Below, in pieces: positions 10,201 to 21,555 of a stretch of DNA of 39,950 nucleotides; the first letter of the stretch is position 1, and each line of letters opens with the position of its first letter. The DNA lies in contig JYFJ02000902.1 of NCBI GenBank assembly GCA_000934665.2, forward strand, positions 62,001-101,950. Direction: 5' to 3'. Origin of the DNA: Catajapyx aquilonaris. Lineage: Eukaryota. The notes beneath the pieces were generated by a model that saw only the letters and a program-made list of their open reading frames with translations, did no database searches and had not been told where the DNA came from. The position numbers and the translations under genes are program-made.

Positions 10201-13195
10201 GGGGGAGGGGGCGGGGGCAGCATAGTGGGTGGGGGAGGAGGAGAAGGAGGCGGAGGGGAGCTGACTCCGGAAAGGTCTTCCAAGACTAGGTCGCGGCCGC
10301 CTAGCTTTGCAGGGGGCGGAGGAAGCGGGGGTGGCGGAGGGGAGTCGCCAGTCAGCCTGAGGTCGAGGTCATCCACCTGCGACAGCCTAAAATCAGGACT
10401 CAGCCCCAGTGGAAGTGTGGCCGGAGGTGGGGTGAAAGGTGGGCAGATGGCTCCACCCCCACCCCCACAGAATCGGAAGCCTTCTTGTAAGTTTGAAATG
10501 ATGGAAATGAAATGTTGGCAACGTCTAATAATTTGTGCACTTTGTTGTTTTAGTGGTATCGATGAACCCTCATAGCAGCTTGAAGAAGCGGGCTGCACCT
10601 CTTCCTCCTGGCGGCAGCGTTGGAAATGTGGCTGCGTCTGCTGGATCCACCACCACTCTCTCGTCTTCATCTTCCTCGTCCTCGGCCTCCTCTGGAGCTT
10701 CCTCTGTTGTAGTAGTGGGAGGCGGGTCAGGGAGTGGAAGTGGCAGTGGGGTTGGAGGATACGCCACGCTTCCAAACTCTCACTCCCGGACCGCTTCCGA
10801 TCCTACCGGGACTCCTCACCACCCGTCATCAGGCTCTTCCTCCTCCTCACACCATCTCCCTACGTCGTCACATCACCACCATTTCCACCCCCATCCTCCC
10901 TATCACCCGCATCTGCCACACCATCCGCACACCCATGCATCTGCAATTGCGCTCAATCATCGCAGGTCACCCTCGAGCGATTCATCATCACTGTCTGCCG
11001 CCGATCTTTCCGGAGCTGGGCTCACTCCCAGGTCACATCTGGCATCAAACTTACACGCAGGTGAGTCGCTCGGAAATTTTGCGTAAGTGTCCCTGAGATG
11101 ATAGTTGCTACTGACATTCCTGTAATTTCAGTTGGCGCCCGCCTGGTGCTTCCACCTGGAGAGGTTCCCACACTGAAGAGCACCACTGCGGCCACCACCC
11201 CATCCTCATCCTCTTCTCCTGCCACCCCAACCCCGTCAACTCCGACCCCATCCGCTGTTGCCATCACTCCCACACCCACCACACCGACCTCTGGTCCCAC
11301 ACCTCCTCAAACCAACAACAACGGGAGGCCCAGAGGTCCTCCGCCACCAACCCCGCCACCGACAGCCATCACGCCCTCATCCCATCCGACCCCAACCTCC
11401 ACGCCCTCAGCCACTACCCCACACTCGACCCAGAGGCTCTCAAACGGGAGGTCGAACGAGTCCATATCCAGCCTGTCATCGGACGTGGAGTCGGTGGGAA
11501 GCATGGGCCAAAACCCGGTCCCGCCTCCAAGGAAGGTGAGTCCGCAACCTGGAGGTGATTTGTAGTGAGGTCAACTGCCTAAACTTGCGACACAAGCCCT
11601 TGGTTATGTTGTGAGAATCAATTCCCCGTTAGTGTTTTTCGCAGGGGAATTTTTTCCCTCAGTACGTATTTGTTTGGCATCTTGGTTTTAAAAAGTTGTG
11701 TTTTGCGAAATAAAGCAATGCATGTCTGTTGTTACCACACATTCTTTTAGGACACTTGGTAACAAAATTATCACGTGACACAAAACACGTGCGAGGTTGT
11801 CACTTAATTAGTTGGCCCCACGGGTCTTTTTTTAAAAAATTGTAGCTGGAGGGATGTTTTTCAATCGTTGACTTGCTTTAGACACATGTACTGTACATAT
11901 GTGTGACTAACACCCTTTTGCACTCTCCCTCCCCCCTTTTTTCCCATCTGTCCTTTCCACGTGCCACTGGAACACACACATATGCACACACACATGACAC
12001 GTATATAAAAATCAAACTGGTTGTTCTTTTTTTTTTTTTACTTTTCGACATTCCCAACTTTCATTTTTTGTTGTGTCCCGTCACTCAATTGGTTTTTAAA
12101 TGTGTACAAATCAGTTCCGAAACCTTCCTCGGAGGTTCACACGTACCAAGTATGTGTCCCATGTGGTTAGAAAGTCACCCAAGGTATGTGTAATGAACAT
12201 AATGTAGTCACACTTCTATTTCCTCTGCCTCACCCAATCCTCACTCTTTGTTGGGATGTTGCCACTTTTACTTCCTCCGCAGTGATTTTGTTTCGTGTTC
12301 AGTTGACCGCTGCTGGATTACTACTCGCTTTTTGTGGCTTTTCAAGTTTTAAACGGCAAAGTTAGACATTTGCAGCTTCTTAGCGTTGGTTTATTAATTT
12401 CGACTTACTGTTAGTGCAGCAACATGTGCAACATGAGCATACTTAGGAGCACCATAACGGTTAACGTTAGCTCTTGTTGACTGATGTGCCAGCTAAGGCT
12501 TTCTGCCAACAACTTTGTCATGTGACTGCTGCAAAGATTATTATTACTCCGATCGCCCAAGTGTGTTTTCCAGGTGGATGTAAAATTTTGCGCCATTCCT
12601 GAAGCGAGTTACGGGCCAGTGGCAAACTGTTTTCTTCCCCTCATTTGCGGTTTGTTTTCATATGTTTGGTTTGTTTTATGTGGTGCATGGCTTGTTTTTT
12701 TAAATACTGACCTTTGGCCTGTGCCCACCATGCTTTCATCCAACCGTACTCCAATCCCTGGCACCATTTATCTTTCCGCATTGCCTCTGTCGACTCCTAC
12801 TACTGTTTTTACTCCCTCGTCTCCGCTCCCTCGTCCTGTTTCTGGCCACTCTGTCCGGCCAGCCCTACTTCTTCTGCCCGTTGCAGCGCACTGATGCACC
12901 CAGTGCGTCTGAGCGTGTTCGAGGCTCGTCCATCCGCCGCTGCCGGGCCCTGTACGACTGCGACGCGGACAATGAGGATGAGCTGTCCTTCAGGGAGGGA
13001 GAGGTCATCTTAATCACCAATGAACAGACTGATGACGAGAACTGGATGGAAGGGGCCATTGAGAGTGACCCTGCCAGGAGGGGCATGTTCCCTGTGAGTT
13101 TTGTGCACATGCTTGGTCAGGGGCAGGGGACACCAGCTGGAGCCGGAGCTGGACCTGGGCAGAGGAGCTCGGGAGGAGGGCAGCAACCAGACTAG
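1203..13195 (+). CDS. ASAP: ArfGAP with SH3 domain, ankyrin repeats and PH domain (ASAP family), 13 exons, about 1261 aa
   Basis: Exons 1203-1328, 5642-5714, 5799-5947, 6644-6898, 7474-7559, 7804-8377, 8487-8594, 8668-8987, 9491-9959, 10081-10486, 10554-11060, 11132-11535 and 12887-13195; all GT-AG, phases consistent, total 3786 nt. Motifs: N-terminus [25 protein letters not shown] helices; PH domain ([20 protein letters not shown]...RTYHFQAEDE); ArfGAP zinc finger CCDC-x17-CIECSGVHR; ankyrin repeats ([16 protein letters not shown]); Pro/Ser/Gly/His-rich linker; C-terminal SH3 ([16 protein letters not shown]...GMFPVSFVH). Confidence 0.95.
1747..1997. mobile_element. Tc1/mariner (pogo/Tigger-like) MITE in ASAP intron 1
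   Basis: Flanked by TA on both sides. Left end CAGTAGAAAGCCAATTATCTG; right end reverse-complemented CAGTAAAACCCCGATTATCCG. No coding capacity. Confidence 0.7.
3032..3095. repeat. Perfect 29-bp tandem duplication
   Basis: CGCATTTTTTTCCATCTTCCTACCTGCCT at 3032-3060 and 3061-3089, plus a partial third unit. Confidence 0.85.
12115..12183 (+). CDS. ASAP: Candidate alternative 69-nt cassette exon of ASAP ([23 protein letters not shown])
   Basis: CAG acceptor at 12112-12114 after a T-rich tract; AAG|GTATGT donor; 69 nt; stop-free in the phase-0/phase-0 frame required by intron 12. Confidence 0.45.
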
Positions 13196-13402
13196 CAGCC
13201 GGCGGGGGCCTCTGTTGGGAACCCGGGGGAAGGAGCAGACCCGGGACAGACACAGGGGCCGCCCGCGGGTGAGGCGAGGGCGGGGAGGCCCAAGGCGGGA
13301 CGGAAGGCCAGGAAAGGTGTGCTCAGCTTCTGGTTCTGATCCTCATGTGAAGCCGTGATGAAAAAAAACAAAAACGAAATGTTGAAATTAATGCAGAATT
13401 CA

Positions 13403-13819
13403 CGTAAGGTTGGGTAATGTGAGCCAGTGCTTCTTTTAGTTAAATACGGTGCACGAAAAGTAAATGGAAAGCGGTTGCAATATTTGTAATGTGCTAGTAA
13501 TTTTAAATCGCAAGTTATTTTATTTGGAGTAAGCCTGGTTTGTCTGAACTTTGCAATGCTTGAAAATGGTCGAGGTTCCTTGAATTGAATCACTTCTTCC
13601 GTCATAAACCCTGTGATGAGATTTTTCATACCATTCCTCAGGCGCAGTTTTGTATGAAGGTGACACATGTGAATCGTACTTTGATTGCTAAGACTGCATT
13701 TGAATCGGGTTTCATAGCGGAACCACTGTTATAATCGATGGAAAAATTAATGAACCCATGCGTAGCCTTTTTTTTCTAGCTGCCATGCTCCTTTTGGTGC
13801 CACGTTACCCAACCTTACG
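13403..13819. mobile_element. Degenerate MITE (inverted termini) in the probable ASAP 3' UTR
   Basis: CGTAAGGTTGGGTAATGTG starting at 13403 versus CACGTTACCCAACCTTACG ending at 13819 (18/19 complementary). No clear target-site duplication remains. Confidence 0.6.
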
Positions 13820-14179
13820 ATGAATGAGATTAGTGTTTGGACAGCCATTGTAGGGGAAAAGACTGAGGACTACAAAAAGTGCTGCCAGAACCTTACTCAA
13901 CAAATGGCGGTTACTGCCTTACTCCGCCATAAGCAAAGAGCCATTTTTATTTCCGTTTTTCCTTCATTGTAGAAGAACAACCTAGTCAACAATTCTTTTA
14001 TAGTGCGGACGATCCGCTGTACACATTACTTGGATAAAATGAGAGTTTAAAAGGATTTTTAGAGCTCGTTGAAAAAGACAAGTCACGGTGCCAACACATT
14101 TGTGTGTTCTGAGGTATAAATTGTAACCATTCTGTTAAATTTACAGCTGAGGCATCGGATCTCATGTGTATTACGTATA

Positions 14180-14267
14180 CGAGGGATGGTTCTTAAGTCG
14201 AGAGACAAATGGACGTAACTGGATACCCACGTGCTAATTTGTCACGTCACTTATGAACCCCTCCTTG
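14180..14267. mobile_element. 88-bp mariner-like mini-element flanked by TA
   Basis: TA|CGAGGGATGGTTCTTAAGT ... ACTTATGAACCCCTCCTTG|TA; imperfect inverted termini resembling mariner CGAGGG..GTTC..AAGT ends. Confidence 0.5.
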
Positions 14268-14784
14268 TAGTGACTACAAGCGTTATTTAAAAAAAGTAAT
14301 TTACTCGCCTATTACCACTGTGGTATTGTAGTTGCTCCGAGTGAGAAAAAAAAAAGCAAGTAGCTCAGGCATTGCGAAGAGTTAAGCGTAGTGTGCGTCA
14401 TTTCATCTCGACCGTAAGGAACAAAAAATATTAAAAAAAAAGATCCCAAAAAGTCACTTTAACTGTACATGTTGTGTATGATATTCAATATTATTGCTGT
14501 AATTATATCTTGTATATAGATGAACTGTACCTGTATACTCAACAAAAAAAACTTTTGTAAATCCTTTCCACCTTGATGAATCCCAGGTTTGTAATTTTAT
14601 TGGTGGCATTAATTAGAGAGTCCTTTCTCTGGAGGATTGGAAAGAGAGAAAAAACTATACCGCTGTCTAGGATGCCATCGCCTGATCTATGATGCCATCT
14701 GCTGTTCTGAAAAGAGTGTAAGTTATTTGGTGAGGGTCGAAAGGTCCTAGAATATTGTATTGGTGACCAAGTTGCCCCTCGATG

Positions 14785-14790
14785 AATAAA
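14785..14790 (+). terminator. Candidate ASAP polyadenylation signal (AATAAA)
   Basis: First canonical AATAAA I found downstream of the ASAP stop, followed by GT/T-rich sequence at about 14817-14845. An ATTAAA at 14430 is an alternative. Confidence 0.4.
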
Positions 14791-14904
14791 AAAACAAATG
14801 CCCAAGCGAGCCCAGTAGTTTGTCTGCTGTTCCTCGTCTTGTTTCAGTCGAGAAGCACGTATGTAATCCAGTATTTAATTGTAACATGTATTTAATCAGT
14901 AACT

Positions 14905-16767
14905 TCACAGATCATGGACCGCTTCCAACGCAGGCACATTCGGGTCATCCTGAAAGGATGAGTCGTTTATCCTCTCATGAACGTCTGGCCTTTGCCTCAC
15001 ATCCGTCGCATTTCTGACCACAGTCAATAAGTCACGGCCAGTCTCTTTGGGCGGGCCAATCCCAAGAGTCTGCCGCACCTGGTCACTTCTGAAAATGACC
15101 CGGTTTGACTCATTGCAACAGGGTGAGTCGGAAGACTAGTTGCCCGACCTGGATACTTACTGGATTTTGGTCGGCTTCTTGCGGTCGGGTTGTGACATCG
15201 CAGGGGCCAATTTGAACACTTTTGCATTCAGCTGAAGCGCAATTACATCGTAAAATTATTTCATAATATCCCTGGAATCTGGATTGTTGCAGTTATACCT
15301 TGGGCATTCGTATGACCAGCTGACCCGTGATCTGTGACCTCTGGGCAGAGGAGCTTGAGATCTGGATCTCCTCCGGGAGTACCAACTGGAACACCTTTCC
15401 CTTCACCCTCACTCGAACATACGTGGGCTCCAGGTCTAGCTCCAACAATGAGGGGTCCAGGTACCTGCAACAATCGCATATGTCACTGCCGAGTTTAATT
15501 GTTGCCAAAAAAAAAAGTACCGACTTGTACAGATTGAGTCTCAGCTCGAAGATGGTGTCCCCTTCCTTCTCTTGGAGTCTGAATTGCAACTGGGCCTCGT
15601 TGACGTTGAGAGGCTCATTGTTGCGTCCGAACAATCGTCTGGGCCTCTGGGTTGCTGTGTCTTCCTTTGTTGGCTTCTGGTCCGATTTGGCCCTGGTCCG
15701 ATCCAGTGCTCGTTGGGTCTCCACACGAGACTCCGGGGTGAACTCGGTCGCTTCGTTCCAGTACCTTATTGTTGGAACAATACATAGACAGTGAGGAATT
15801 TATTGGACAACAATGGCATATATATCAGCAACAACAAACAAACCTTTCATCCAGCTCGTCTTGATCTATCCCAGACTCCTCCAACTCCTTGCTCTTCTGC
15901 TCTGCGTCCTTCTTCTGCGCTTCTCGTTTCTCTGCAATTGGATATGATTCATTATTTCAAAAACGTATTCGCTTATTGTACATAGTGTGTTGCAGACACA
16001 TATGTACCAAGGTATGCCTCCTCTTGCTCCATCACCTTCCTTTCGACCTCATTGAACTCCTGCACGGCCAGGATCCTCTCCGACCTTGTGACCGTGACCC
16101 CGTCCAACCACTTCAGATTAGGCAATGTGGCCACCACATACTTCCTGTAACCCTCGTAGTCGCTGCAGGGGTTGCCCGTCAGGTACCTGAAACCTCATTA
16201 CATTGAGAGTAATAACCCTGACACAGCAATCCCAGAGAGAGGTCACGCACAGATCCTCCAGATCCGGGTTGACCCTGAGGTTTGCAACGCTGGATATCCG
16301 TCCGACAAAGTTGACTGTGAGGTCGAGCTTCTTGAGCGACTCGCAGCCTTCCAGGTTCTCGATGACCTCTACGTTGTTCATGGCCAGGTTCAGGTACTCC
16401 AGGCACTTCATGCGGTTCAAGTTCTCTGGATAATAATAATATGTAATAATTGTGTGCATTATTTTGAAAGCTTGGTTGACCTGCTGGGCCGTACCTATTT
16501 TTGGGATGAGGTTTGCCTGGAGATAGAGTATCTTGATCTTTCTGCACCATTTGTCCAGACACTCTACCTTCTCCAGTCCTTCCTGGTGCAGAGACAGTTC
16601 CTCCAAGGTGTGGACAACCCCTTCGTTGTGCTCGGAACGCTTCCGGACCAGATCCAGTGTGACTGCGGGATTAGGAAGAGAGAGAGAGAAAAAAATGTAT
16701 GGTCTACGAATAGTAAATAGATCAGAGAAAATATTGCGACTGGAGATATTCGCTTACTTCTGCCCAT
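14905..16767 (-). CDS. LRRC6: Dynein axonemal assembly factor LRRC6/tilB (DNAAF11), 9 exons, about 426 aa
   Basis: Exons 16767-16758, 16662-16495, 16425-16251, 16186-16008, 15931-15844, 15764-15525, 15464-15299, 15231-15161 and 15088-14905; total 1281 nt, in frame. [30 protein letters not shown]; LRRs (KILYLQANLIPKIENL, LEYLNLAMNNVEVIENLEGCESLKKLDLTVNF); LRRcap YLTGNPC...VVATLPNLKWLDG; FTPESR; CS-like domain (YLDPSLLELDLEPTYVRVRVKGKVFQLVLPEEI...SQITGQLVIRMPK); C-terminal FQDDPNVPALE. Confidence 0.95.
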
Positions 16768-16812
16768 CTTGAGAGCCAAGTTGAGCAGAACTTGTCTTTT
16801 GTCCAGTCGACT

Positions 16813-16842
16813 TGTTTAGACCGATATGGTCTCCATGGCTGC
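16813..16842. promoter_or_regulatory. Candidate RFX X-box with adjacent forkhead site upstream of LRRC6
   Basis: GTCTCCATGGCTGC at 16829-16842 (reverse complement GCAGCCATGGAGAC, two mismatches to a typical GTTGCCATGGAGAC X-box), about 60 nt upstream of the ATG. TGTTTA forkhead core at 16813-16818. Confidence 0.5.
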
Positions 16843-18321
16843 GGGTAAAGGGTGTCCAAAATGCATGATCGATATACTGCTCATTTTCTGCAATACCAAA
16901 ATATTTGGCTACGCTACTGGAAATCTTCCATATAATGCTTCTACCAATATTGTTTAGAAAAGCGATTTTTTGGACAAAAAATTGCGATGAGATGTTGGTT
17001 CGGTTGAAATGTTGTGCCCTGAATTTGATTTGCACGTACAGTACGTCCGGGTGCGCATTTACATAATAGAGCAATTTTTTCTTAAGTGATTCAGGAACTT
17101 ATGCTGACATTGATATAACTGCGTGACTTGCTCATTTTTGCATGTCCCTTATCAGAGTGTGGATTGTTTACCATGAGTTGTTTTGGACTATAACGTTCAG
17201 AAGAAAAAAAAAGTTGTTCCACGAATGTGATTAGCCATCAATATTTTATGATCATCTCTATTGCGCGTCGGTTGTTTTAATTAATTACACCAAAATGTCT
17301 GGTGAGTCAATCCAGTCTTAAAGTCATTGCAGATTTGCATAAGTAATAATATGCCAATATATTATGTAAGTTATACTGTGTATTGGCACGAGCTCTAAAA
17401 TACTTACGGTATGAATGTATATATTTGTACATTACAGTAAATAGAGCATTAAGGTCAATAAATACTACAAATGTAATACATAATTTGATGAATTGGACAC
17501 ATTAAATGTGTGTAACATTTATTACATAATAATCGCTTCATATGTATTATGTATTATTATATTACATATTATATTATAAATATTGTGATATTACATATTA
17601 TCATGTATTATTGTATTCATTACCTATGTATTTATGTTTATTATTTGATCATCTGTGTTACACTATAGAGTATGCATTTCAATATTTTTACCATTGCAAA
17701 CGTACAATATTATTCATGCCTTATAACTTATTGTTTCATTTACTAATATTTTATTACTAAAGCCAAGCCGAGCCGAGCTTCTTTGATATTCTCATCGGGA
17801 GGAAAGTAGAGCGATAAAATGGAAGTTTATATCTCATTGCACTTCTGCATGATTAAGTCGTAAACTTATATAAGTTGAACGTGTCCAGACGTGCTAACGA
17901 GGCAGATAATTACTTGTTTTCTCAATTGCAGACATACTCTATATCGTAATTGATTGCCGTCCGGGTGCTGATGAACAATTTAATTCCTGGAATCATATCA
18001 CCTGACGTAAGTCAATTCGTGGAAGCCCCTTTTTTGTTGATGGACATGTGATAAACCCACGTCCTTTTTTCTTATTCAATAATTGGTGTACACATGTGCG
18101 CATTATAATGAGCATGCAAGATCATAAAACACTCGTAACTAAGCATTATGCAACATACTAATCGAGTACCTTTTTTTTTGAGAGAGTGATTTTGACCGAC
18201 TCATGTTCGTGTTTATGTCATGTCACAAAAAAAAAAATATGAGAGGCGTCCATCACAGTTGAAACAACTACTTACGCAAGTCATCCAGCAGCATCACCTT
18301 GGGGAGGGTGAATGAGGAGGA

Positions 18322-18327
18322 TATAAA
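18322..18327 (+). promoter_or_regulatory. TATA box of Takeout/JHBP-like gene 1
   Basis: TATAAA 60 nt upstream of the ATG at 18382. Confidence 0.6.
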
Positions 18328-18381
18328 GGCCACCTTGACTGTCAGCCTTCTAGGCAATTGGTAATTATCGCCGATACCAAG

Positions 18382-20253
18382 ATGAAGGTTCTTCAGGTTT
18401 GTCTTCTCCTGGCCGTGGCCACACCCGCCATCTTGGCCGCAGTCGTACCCACAGGTCAGATATTCCGGATTTTTGTGTATATATACCAATATAGTTATTA
18501 TTCGAGAACTATTTTAGTGGTTTTGTGCACTTGATATTATCATTTAAATGCATGTTACGATTTGGTAGTGTTGATTCATCAGGTTGCTGCTTGGAAATGA
18601 ACATAACTTATTGTGTGAACAGTCCCACCTTGTCTCATCATAATGCTAATGAATGTGAAACACACACAAAAAAAGCATGCCGGCCTCTCCTTCAGTTACA
18701 ATAAGAAATGTCATGATTCCATATGAAGCGCTAATTTTAACAAATATATATAATTATATTAATATTATTATTAAATTCCCAGATGATGTGGTCAGTCGTT
18801 GCATGAACAAGGAAAAGAAGGAGATGGAGAAGTGTCTGGTCGAACTCATGAACGAAATGAAGCCCGACTTCGAGGAAGGTGAGAAACACAGTTAATTAAT
18901 TTATTATTATTTTGTTACACTGCAGAAGCTGGACAATATTTCCGCGGTAACATCTTATAGGACCGTAACTTTAAAATAAGAGCAAAATAAATGACGAATT
19001 TATTGGCTCTATTAATTATTTCAACATGAACGGCGCAAAGTAGTTTATTGTAATGACAAGTAACTTTGTCCATTTTGTCAACGATAATAATATTGTAAAA
19101 GTGATACATTAGTTCCAGTCTCACAGGCTCAGAGAGCTATAGGTTACATCATATAGTTTTGCACGCGGAAAAAAACAACCTTCAAGTTATGAAGCAATTT
19201 GTTTCTGACTTTCAAGTTACTGTAATTGCACGCGATCAGCTCGTCGCCCAAACCTATGTCAAATGAAGCTGTTCACACGCAGTTATTAATATTAATTATG
19301 GTCTTTCCTATCTAGGCCTTCCTGACTTCAAGCTGCAGCAGATGCGTGAGCTGATGATAGAGAGATTCAGCGTGGCCGACTACCAGAACGAGAACAGCTA
19401 CCTGAAGCTGGACATGTGGGACATCATCATGAAGGGTCTGGAGGAGACCAGTATTACCAATCTGCGACTGGACTACGACTCCATGACCGCCCACTGGGAC
19501 GCTGAGGCTCCAGAGCTTTACTTCCAGTCCAAGTACAAGGCAGACGCCAAGCTCTCTCTGATACCCATCTCTGGAGAGGGCACCATGTGGGCCAGGATGA
19601 GTAAGTACAAAACACACTTTTGGTCGAAATAACTCGAGGGAATTGTTGTCGTTGTGCATTTTTTTTAAAGTGCACATTTTGAAGAAAAAATTTGGGGAGC
19701 TAATTTTTCCGCTGTGTCTTTTTTTTTTGCAGAGGACGTGAAGGCCAAGGGCGAGTGCAAATTTGACCTCGTGGGAGATGACCACCACCTGAAGATGACC
19801 GGTAAGGTCACCGAATTCGAATCAAAGGATGTCACCATTCGACTCAACAATCTGTACGAGGACAACCCCATTCTCAGTAAGTGCTTATATATAGACGCTT
19901 CTTTCTCCTCAGAATTTCGGATGAGAAATTCCTAGGGAATGTAGGCTGCACCGTGCGTTTCAGTTAATAACTTTTTTTCTCTCTCATTAATCCACACGAT
20001 TACGAGTAAGAATATAATTACAAGTAAGAAGTGTATGTTGACCACTGATCATTAAATTACAATAATTATTGCAGAGGAGGCGGCCGAGGCTTTCATCAAC
20101 GACAATGGCCAGGATCTTCTGGAGCTGATCAAGCCCGCCATGATGGAAAAGTTTGGTTATCTGATCACCAATATCGGAAGCGAGATCGGAACCACCTTGC
20201 CTCTCACTAAGCTCGCCGGACAAGAATACCTCAAGAAGGCTTTCAACTTGTAA
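18382..20253 (+). CDS. Secreted Takeout/juvenile hormone-binding protein-like, paralog 1 (5 exons, about 258 aa)
   Basis: Exons 18382-18454, 18783-18878, 19316-19600, 19733-19876 and 20075-20253. Signal peptide MKVLQVCLLLAVATPAILA; N-terminal Cys pair (SRC...EKCL); GLPDF; IPISGEGTMW; RLNNLYEDNPIL; AATAAA at 20298. Confidence 0.85.
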
Positions 20254-21555
20254 AGAAAAAAATACTTGCATTACAAAAACAAACTGCACCATTTATGAAT
20301 AAATGAAGCGGTTTGCAAAACAATAATAATATTTTATATGTTGGTTGTATCAATGAGGATAAAGTCTATAATATCTTCTACATTCTCTGCTATAGGGTCA
20401 GAAATATTTAAGTTCTTTCTGAAGGTTATGCCCTCCTAACAAAAGTGAAATATGTGACATCTTCCTGTATATCTGAAAGATGTTTAAACAATTTCCTACA
20501 TTTTTTATTTTGCTACAATCAATTTTCAAGCACGAATTATTGCAATTGCAGTTGAAAAGCTTCCCCACTTTTTCATAAAATGTTCACTATAAAAATAACA
20601 TCCGCTAGTTAAATAAATCATCCTTGCCTTTCATCTTTTTCAATCACTGACAGTATACCGTTCTCAATTTATTAACCTTCCTCGAATTAAACCTGAATTA
20701 CGACTCCTTATGGCAATATAAATTAGTGTAGGCCTACTTTTTAAAATAATTTATGATAAATTATTTAAAACGAGTTGTATTAACTTCGCAAGGACAGTGA
20801 AATTAGTAACAGAAAATGTATAATTTCCTAACCTACACTATTGACTAGAAGTGATTGTAAATTATGGATTACTACAAGTATTATTAATGGCTTTAATTTC
20901 TGATAAATAATAATCAAGCCAAATTTACACTAGAACAATGACCCTTCTCAAGAGAAATGTCTCAGTAAAATCCAGTAGCTAAGTGTAAGGGATCATACAA
21001 TTTTCAATATCCCGAAATCATTCATATATTTTACGTATTATAGATTCTTTCTTCATTTCAGGTCATGACAGTCAGATGTTGACGGGAGAGTTTAATTGCG
21101 ATGCAGACATATTCAGAAAATTTAATTAGTTTAGATGTGAATGACACCCATCTCTGCCTTGAACTCTTGAAGTATAATCTGGGCACTGGAACGGAAATGG
21201 CAGAGCGATCAAAAATGCAGTGAAACCGAATAAACATAGTAATGAATATTTCAGAGAATTATAATAATCTAGTTACAAACAGGTCTAAACGGATGAGTTT
21301 TTGCAACAATTGGAACAATTATCGGATTCTTAGCCTTGAGATCTGAGGATCAAACCAGGCAATAAAAAGTGCGAATTGCGTTGCGTAAAAAAAAATTCGC
21401 AAACTGTGAATGTCCTCTCTCGCAACTCCTTCTCCCCTCCGAAAAAACCGGTTCATGCTCCAAGCACAAAAGAGAATAGAAAAGGACCTCTCGTGCAACA
21501 TACAACAAGAAAGAGAAGGTTCACGGAGAGTCAGTCCTACTGCAACTCTGACGAG

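Noticed and set aside
10023..10775. 250-aa antisense ORF overlapping ASAP exons 10-11
   Set aside because: It is the shadow of GC-rich, low-complexity Gly/Ser codons on the sense strand and has no recognisable domain.
12574..12894. 106-aa ORF after a CAG acceptor in the last ASAP intron
   Set aside because: It is out of frame with the SH3 exon and its composition mirrors a polypyrimidine tract; no independent support.
17340..17760. Tyr/Leu-rich ORF 17542-17760 in a very AT-rich stretch
   Set aside because: Low-complexity AT-rich intergenic DNA with no splice or homology support.
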